DNA of 64,000 nucleotides from Chlamydiales bacterium (GTDB lineage Bacteria; Chlamydiota; Chlamydiia; Chlamydiales; JBDQID01): NCBI GenBank assembly GCA_047611865.1, contig JBLFWS010000001.1, positions 12,408 to 76,407 of the forward strand, read 5' to 3'. Shown piece by piece: positions 60,358 to 64,000 of this stretch (position 1 is its first letter; each line of letters starts with the position of its first letter). The notes under the pieces were generated by a model. It saw only the letters and a program-made list of their open reading frames with translations, ran no database searches and was not told where the DNA came from. The position numbers and the translations under genes were made by a program.

Positions 60358-61056
60358 TTACTTTAATGCCTTGCTCGTCTCTGAAATCTCGGCTTTATGC
60401 GAAGGCCGAATAGTGTGGTCACTTGGAATAAAGCCTCCAAAAGTCGTACAGGGATAACAAAGTACTCTTTTTCCAAGTAGGGTACCAGGATTCGTAACAG
60501 AGTTACAGCCAAGTTGAACGTTGTCTCCTAAAATCGCAGCAAACTTCCTGAGCCCCGTAGAAATTTTTTTTCCCTGAAACTGAACAACAATGCTTTGGTT
60601 ATCTAATTTAAGATTTGCACATTTTGTCCCCGCTCCTAAATTTACTTGATTACCTAAAATACAGTCCCCAACGTAGGCGAAGTGGGCCGCTTGTGCTTTG
60701 TTGAGAAAAATAGCATTTTTTACTTCCGTCGCATGACCAATTACGCACTGGTCTCCAGTCACAACATTTCCACGTATATAGGCGCCATGTCGAATGCTAG
60801 AGTTTTTTCCAATTATACAGGGGCCTTTAATATAGGCTGTAGGTTCGATTACAGTTCCCTTTCCAATAGAGATTAATTCAGGGTTTACGAGATGAACGCC
60901 TTCGGGAATATCAACTTCAATATTTCCAAGGTCGTAGGCTTCTAAGTATGTGCTAATATTTGAAAGGGCTTCCCAAGGATAAGTGCAATTTTCAAAAATC
61001 TTTGCATGTTGAAACTCATTAAGATCAAAAAAGTAGGAAGGTGAAAGTTCATTCAT
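60358..61056 (-). CDS. Left-handed beta-helix (hexapeptide-repeat) acyltransferase, GlmU C-terminal-like
   Basis: Successive [LIV]-G-x-x-x-x hexapeptides across residues ~65-200 (IGKGTVIEPTAYIKGPCIIGKNSSIRHGAYIRGNVVTGDQCVIGH...). Confidence 0.65.
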   Translation of the reverse strand: MNELSPSYFFDLNEFQHAKIFENCTYPWEALSNISTYLEAYDLGNIEVDIPEGVHLVNPELISIGKGTVIEPTAYIKGPCIIGKNSSIRHGAYIRGNVVTGDQCVIGHATEVKNAIFLNKAQAAHFAYVGDCILGNQVNLGAGTKCANLKLDNQSIVVQFQGKKISTGLRKFAAILGDNVQLGCNSVTNPGTLLGKRVLCYPCTTFGGFIPSDHTIRPSHKAEISETSKALK

Positions 61057-61065
61057 GGGGGGGGG
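61057..61065. repeat. Homopolymeric G9 (C9 on the coding strand) between SD and start codon
   Basis: The minus strand reads TTAAGGAG-CCCCCCCCC-ATG. The tract is exactly the spacer between AAGGAG (61071-61066) and the ATG at 61056. Confidence 0.9.
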
Positions 61066-61081
61066 CTCCTTAAAATTTTCA

Positions 61082-61095
61082 TGTTCTTACGAACA
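61082..61095. promoter_or_regulatory. Perfect palindrome TGTTC-N4-GAACA (operator-like)
   Basis: aTGTTCttacGAACAt lies 26-39 nt upstream of the hexapeptide-transferase ATG. A third TGTTC half-site is at 61106-61110, and more GAACA-type sites lie at 61205-61318. Confidence 0.35.
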
Positions 61096-61376
61096 TTATC
61101 AACAATGTTCCTTTAAAGAGGAATATAGAAAGATATTTTCTTCTTCTTCTTCAGAGGCTGTGGAGATGTTGATAAGTGTACATTTATACGTTAGCTAATA
61201 GGCTGTTCATAATTTGTCAGTAGTAGGTTAATAAGTTCTGAGTTTTGAACAAATTATAGGTTATGAACAAATATTGTACCCATGAGTTGACAGGTTTGTG
61301 AACAAATAAACAGAACATTTTTGTTGAGAAAACGCGATTGTGGAAATGAAAATATAGTGAAAAATAGAAAGAACAG

Positions 61377-61399
61377 CCTAGCCATAAAGATGGCTAAGG
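61377..61399 (-). terminator. Candidate intrinsic terminator of the flgB-flgC-fliE operon
   Basis: The minus strand reads CCTTAGCCAT-CTTT-ATGGCTAGG (9 bp including one G-U), followed by CTGTTCTTTCTATTTTTC. It starts 43 nt after the fliE stop. Confidence 0.5.
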
Positions 61400-61441
61400 A
61401 AAGAATGTAAACCCAAATATTTACAGACCAATCCTAAGTTA

Positions 61442-61801
61442 TTAGGATCCACGACTTATTTGTTCAAAGCTCTTAACGAGTTGTCCACGGATCTGCATCA
61501 TCAAATCAAAGGCAGATTTTGCCTCATCCATAGCCATAACGACTTCATGAATATTTTCTGTTTCTCCAGCAACAAATCTCTGAATCTGTGCATCAGAATC
61601 ATGTTGTAAAGTATTCACTTCATCAAGATACCGGGAGAGAACATCCTTAAAAGTATGAGTATTCTCTAGGTTCGCCGATTCTTGAGGTTGAGGAACATTT
61701 ATCTGAAGATCAGCACCTTTAACAAAAATTGAAGGATTTTGAAGTTTACTAGCTCGAACAGGTAAGCCTGAATTAACTTCGAGAAAACTTGAATCAACCA
61801 T
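61442..61801 (-). CDS. fliE: Flagellar hook-basal body complex protein FliE
   Basis: FKDVLSRYLDEVNTLQHDSDAQIQRFVAGE..NIHEVVMAMDEAKSAFDLMMQIRGQLVKSFEQI follows the FliE consensus. Confidence 0.8.
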   Translation of the reverse strand: MVDSSFLEVNSGLPVRASKLQNPSIFVKGADLQINVPQPQESANLENTHTFKDVLSRYLDEVNTLQHDSDAQIQRFVAGETENIHEVVMAMDEAKSAFDLMMQIRGQLVKSFEQISRGS

Positions 61802-61815
61802 TATATACCTCTAAA

Positions 61816-62298
61816 TTAGCCTCTGCCGATGGCAAGAGCTTGGCGGTTCATTTTATAGGACACGGCCATCACAGTTAAGTTAGCCTCGTAGGAAGCTGCC
61901 GCTATACGCAGGTCAGCCATTTCCTGAGAACCACTAACACTGGGATAATACACATAACCCGCATCAACACTACCGGCCTTTCGAGCCGCCGGGTGAGATG
62001 GAGCATATATTTTTTTTACACTGTTCTTTAGTTCTATCATTTTTTTTACACGAACACCGTTAATAACGTCACCATTAACCCTGTTTTCTCTGAATTTTTC
62101 AGATAAGACCTTGGCAAAGAGGGGAACTTGTCTTGCATAGGGGACAAAATTGCCGCTTTTATCACGGACTCCCGTATCTAATGTGTGAGAGTTTGCAATG
62201 TTATTCGATATTGCATTCATCCACTGACGACTAGACTTAAGACCGGACGCGGCAACCCTTGAAGCTCTAAAGACATCGTTAATGTTTGAAGGATACAT
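61816..62298 (-). CDS. flgC: Flagellar basal-body rod protein FlgC
   Basis: The N-terminal rod motif SGLKSSRQWMNAISNNIANSHT, then PYARQVPLF, and the C-terminal EMADLRIAAASYEANLTVM are all FlgC-typical. Confidence 0.85.
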   Translation of the reverse strand: MYPSNINDVFRASRVAASGLKSSRQWMNAISNNIANSHTLDTGVRDKSGNFVPYARQVPLFAKVLSEKFRENRVNGDVINGVRVKKMIELKNSVKKIYAPSHPAARKAGSVDAGYVYYPSVSGSQEMADLRIAAASYEANLTVMAVSYKMNRQALAIGRG

Positions 62299-62299
62299 A

Positions 62300-62668
62300 T
62301 TAAGAGCCTCCCTTAATTGCGGTATTCAGCATTTTTACTTTCTTCGTATAAAGATCTGTGTAGATCTGGTAAAACATGGCATTTTCTTGCATGGAGGCCA
62401 TTTCCATATCAATATCAACATTATTACCGTTATTACGAACAGCTGTATTAGTTGGACGATCAACAAAGCCCCTAATGTTGCGATAATCAGAAGCTTGGCC
62501 CTTAGCCATTGCCTCACGCAAGGCTTTGGAAAACTTAAATTCTCGTCTGCGATAATTAGGAGTGTTGACGTTAGCTATGTTTTGGGCAGACACCTTATGC
62601 TTTGCTGAATGTAAATCTAGCATCTTCCCAAGGAGGGTAAAATTTTTGTTACCTATCTTTGTAAGCAT
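62300..62668 (-). CDS. flgB: Flagellar basal-body rod protein FlgB
   Basis: LLGKMLDLHSAKHKVSAQNIANVNTPNYRRREFKF is the FlgB N-terminal motif. I chose the ATG at 62668 (AGGAG 7 nt upstream), because the track's longer ORF (to 62755) would run through the sigma-54 promoter. Confidence 0.8.
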   Translation of the reverse strand: MLTKIGNKNFTLLGKMLDLHSAKHKVSAQNIANVNTPNYRRREFKFSKALREAMAKGQASDYRNIRGFVDRPTNTAVRNNGNNVDIDMEMASMQENAMFYQIYTDLYTKKVKMLNTAIKGGS

Positions 62669-62702
62669 AATCTTGCTCCTAGCAGTTTTATATTCTGAAA
62701 CA

Positions 62703-62718
62703 AGCAAGACTGATGCCA
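62703..62718 (-). promoter_or_regulatory. Sigma-54 (RpoN) -24/-12 promoter upstream of flgB
   Basis: The minus strand reads TTTGGCATCAGTCTTGCTTG, i.e. TGGCAT-N5-TTGCT with exactly 10 nt between GG and GC (consensus TGGCAC-N5-TTGCW). The TTGCT element ends 34 nt upstream of the flgB ATG. Confidence 0.6.
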
Positions 62719-62813
62719 AAAGGTTTTTAAGGGAGTCAAAAGAAGGAGTACCCAATAATTAGGTGGGCAATTTGTTCTTATAGGGAATTATTTTCTTAAG
62801 CCATTCAAATAAA

Positions 62814-63518
62814 TTATTGAAGCATCCAATTAATCGGAGCTTTGCCGTCCTTCTCAAGGAGACGATTGATTGTTGAAAAATGACGAGAACCAAAAAAACC
62901 AGAATTGGCTGAATATGGTGAAGGATGGGGTGAGCTTAATACAACATGATGCTTATGCTGGGAAAACTGCTCTAGCTGTTTATACTTTTCTTGAGCAGAC
63001 TTTCCCCAGAGGACAAAAATAATGGCTTCTTCACGTTCTGCAAGGTGGGTAATTACAGCATCGGTAAAGCGTTCCCATCCTCTTCCATGATGGGACTTAG
63101 GTTCTCTCGTACGAACAGTAAGGGTAGCATTGAGAAGCAACACGCCCTGACGAGCCCAGTGTAAAAGGCAGCCATGCTTTGGATCGGGAATACCAAGATC
63201 AGACCCAAGCTCTTTAAAAATGTTTTTCAGGGACGGAGGGGGCCGCACGCCTTTTGCAACACTAAAGCTCAAGCCGTGGGCTTGTCCTGGTCCATGATAA
63301 GGATCCTGGCCCATTATGACTACTGAAACTTGGTGATAAAGAGTTTGATTAAAAGCGCTAAAGATTTCTTTTTCCGGGGGGTATACTTGCTTACCTGCTG
63401 CTCTTTCTCCTTCCAAAAACAGAAGAAGTTCAGCAAAATAAGGTTTTTTAAATTCTCCCTCCAATTTCGATACCCAGCTTGGATCGAGAATCATGGGTAG
63501 TTGGAGCTTATTTTTCAT
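62814..63518 (-). CDS. ung: Uracil-DNA glycosylase (family 1)
   Basis: GQDPYHGPGQAHGLSFSV and HPSPYSA motifs. I prefer the ATG at 63518 (AGGAG 6 nt upstream) over the track start at 63563. Confidence 0.9.
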   Translation of the reverse strand: MKNKLQLPMILDPSWVSKLEGEFKKPYFAELLLFLEGERAAGKQVYPPEKEIFSAFNQTLYHQVSVVIMGQDPYHGPGQAHGLSFSVAKGVRPPPSLKNIFKELGSDLGIPDPKHGCLLHWARQGVLLLNATLTVRTREPKSHHGRGWERFTDAVITHLAEREEAIIFVLWGKSAQEKYKQLEQFSQHKHHVVLSSPHPSPYSANSGFFGSRHFSTINRLLEKDGKAPINWMLQ

Positions 63519-63656
63519 GAGAAATCTCCTAAAAACGGTCAAAAATGAGGGGAAAAATAACATTGATTATGTTTAAACAACAAGTTGAATTTGAGATTGA
63601 CGATAAAGTACTTAGGAAACTAGAATGTTGCATTCACATTTTCAGGAAATGTATTA

Positions 63657-63911
63657 ATGAAAAATCTTGCTGATAATTTTGTAGTACGCTTCATCAATAT
63701 TTCTCGTAAAAAAGAAGGCATATTCGCCAACTTTAAGGTTAAGGGAATCAAGGGTGGAACGTCAGTAACAGCTTCTATCGCAGTCGATATTTTGGAAGCT
63801 GAAGTAGATCCAACGGATCCACTAGAAAAAATCATTGAAGAATGTGCTCGAATTGCCGTAAAAGAGTTAAAGAAATCAGAGTTCCAATTCGAAGGCATGG
63901 CTTTAGTCTAA
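63657..63911 (+). CDS. Hypothetical 84-aa protein
   Basis: An ORF with AGGAAA upstream. An antisense ORF (63620-63898) competes, and I prefer the plus strand on composition only. No family recognised. Confidence 0.35.
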   Translation: MKNLADNFVVRFINISRKKEGIFANFKVKGIKGGTSVTASIAVDILEAEVDPTDPLEKIIEECARIAVKELKKSEFQFEGMALV

Positions 63912-63920
63912 TTTGTTTAT

Positions 63921-63995
63921 CTGGGTGTAGCGCAGCTTGGCTAGCGCACTTGCATGGGGTGTAAGGGGTCGGAGGTTCGAATCCTCTCACCCAGA
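63921..63995 (+). tRNA. tRNA-Pro (anticodon GGG)
   Basis: Folded by hand: acceptor CTGGGTG/CACCCAG, D-stem GCGC/GCGC with a GG loop, anticodon stem CTTGC/GTAAG, loop ATGGGGT (T33, GGG, G37), T-arm GGAGG-TTCGAAT-CCTCT, discriminator A. No encoded CCA. 75 nt. Confidence 0.85.
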
Positions 63996-64000
63996 TTTTC

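Noticed and set aside
61138-61152. (TTC)5 trinucleotide repeat in the fliE-transferase spacer.
   Set aside because: It is too short to claim as a functional microsatellite and is not in a coding frame. It is noted only as part of the repeat-rich spacer.
62669-62755. N-terminal extensions of the track ORFs for flgB (to 62755), ung (to 63563), the Rieske protein (to 46821), nqrA (to 3884), the kinase (to 22410) and the FixQ-like ORF (to 38133).
   Set aside because: Internal ATGs with good SD spacing or ATGA coupling match the homolog N-termini better. The flgB extension would also run through the sigma-54 promoter, and the Rieske extension starts inside its own SD.

Overview
This 64-kb window reads like an environmental Chlamydiota (PVC superphylum) chromosome. 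It looks AT-rich by eye and is tightly packed. An isolated nqrA lies near a ~720-aa long-form greA, and a 5-formyl-THF cyclo-ligase gene sits next to recA; ung, rdgB and ankyrin and MORN proteins are also present.

Three accessory blocks stand out:

1. **Glycan locus, 10.4-32.9 kb.** A 22.5-kb locus on one strand carries nucleotide-heptose-type genes: a gmhA-like gene, a domain-swapped hldE-like gene, four SDR epimerase/dehydratase/reductase genes, two SAM methyltransferases, a split transketolase, a HAD hydrolase, an APH-type kinase and a Zn-ADH. It ends in four head-to-tail ~810-aa paralogs that fuse a sulfotransferase-like N-domain to a CgeB-like glycosyltransferase domain. This is my top candidate for an undescribed system, a sulfated-glycan assembly machine.
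2. **Respiratory operon, 37.6-48.8 kb.** One operon links a GltD-like Fe-S flavoprotein, a Rieske protein, cytochrome b, a 1367-aa heptahaem cytochrome c built from CcoO/CcoP-like modules, CcoN and an enlarged CcoO. It also encodes two paralogous FixQ-like micro-proteins, one of which (46818-46961) is absent from the ORF track. I read this as a putative bc-cbb3 supercomplex with no separate CcoP.
3. **Flagellar rod genes, 61.4-62.7 kb.** flgB-flgC-fliE sits behind a near-consensus sigma-54 promoter.

Other observations:
- A MITE family (TIR GGCGTTGTTGCATAA, 9-bp target-site duplications) has 3 copies, one inside the glycan operon.
- A second palindromic element lies in the same operon.
- An IS1634-like transposase gene has substituted catalytic residues.
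- A YopT-like Cys-His-Asp protease domain is fused to ankyrin repeats.
- A C9 tract lies between the SD and ATG of a hexapeptide-transferase gene.
- An array of TGTTC/GAACA half-sites fills the same intergenic region.
- An edge-truncated ORF (1-1746) was missed by the ORF track.
- tRNA-Pro(GGG) sits at the right edge.

I saw no rRNA, CRISPR array or prophage. All functional calls come from reading motifs by eye, and no database search was possible.
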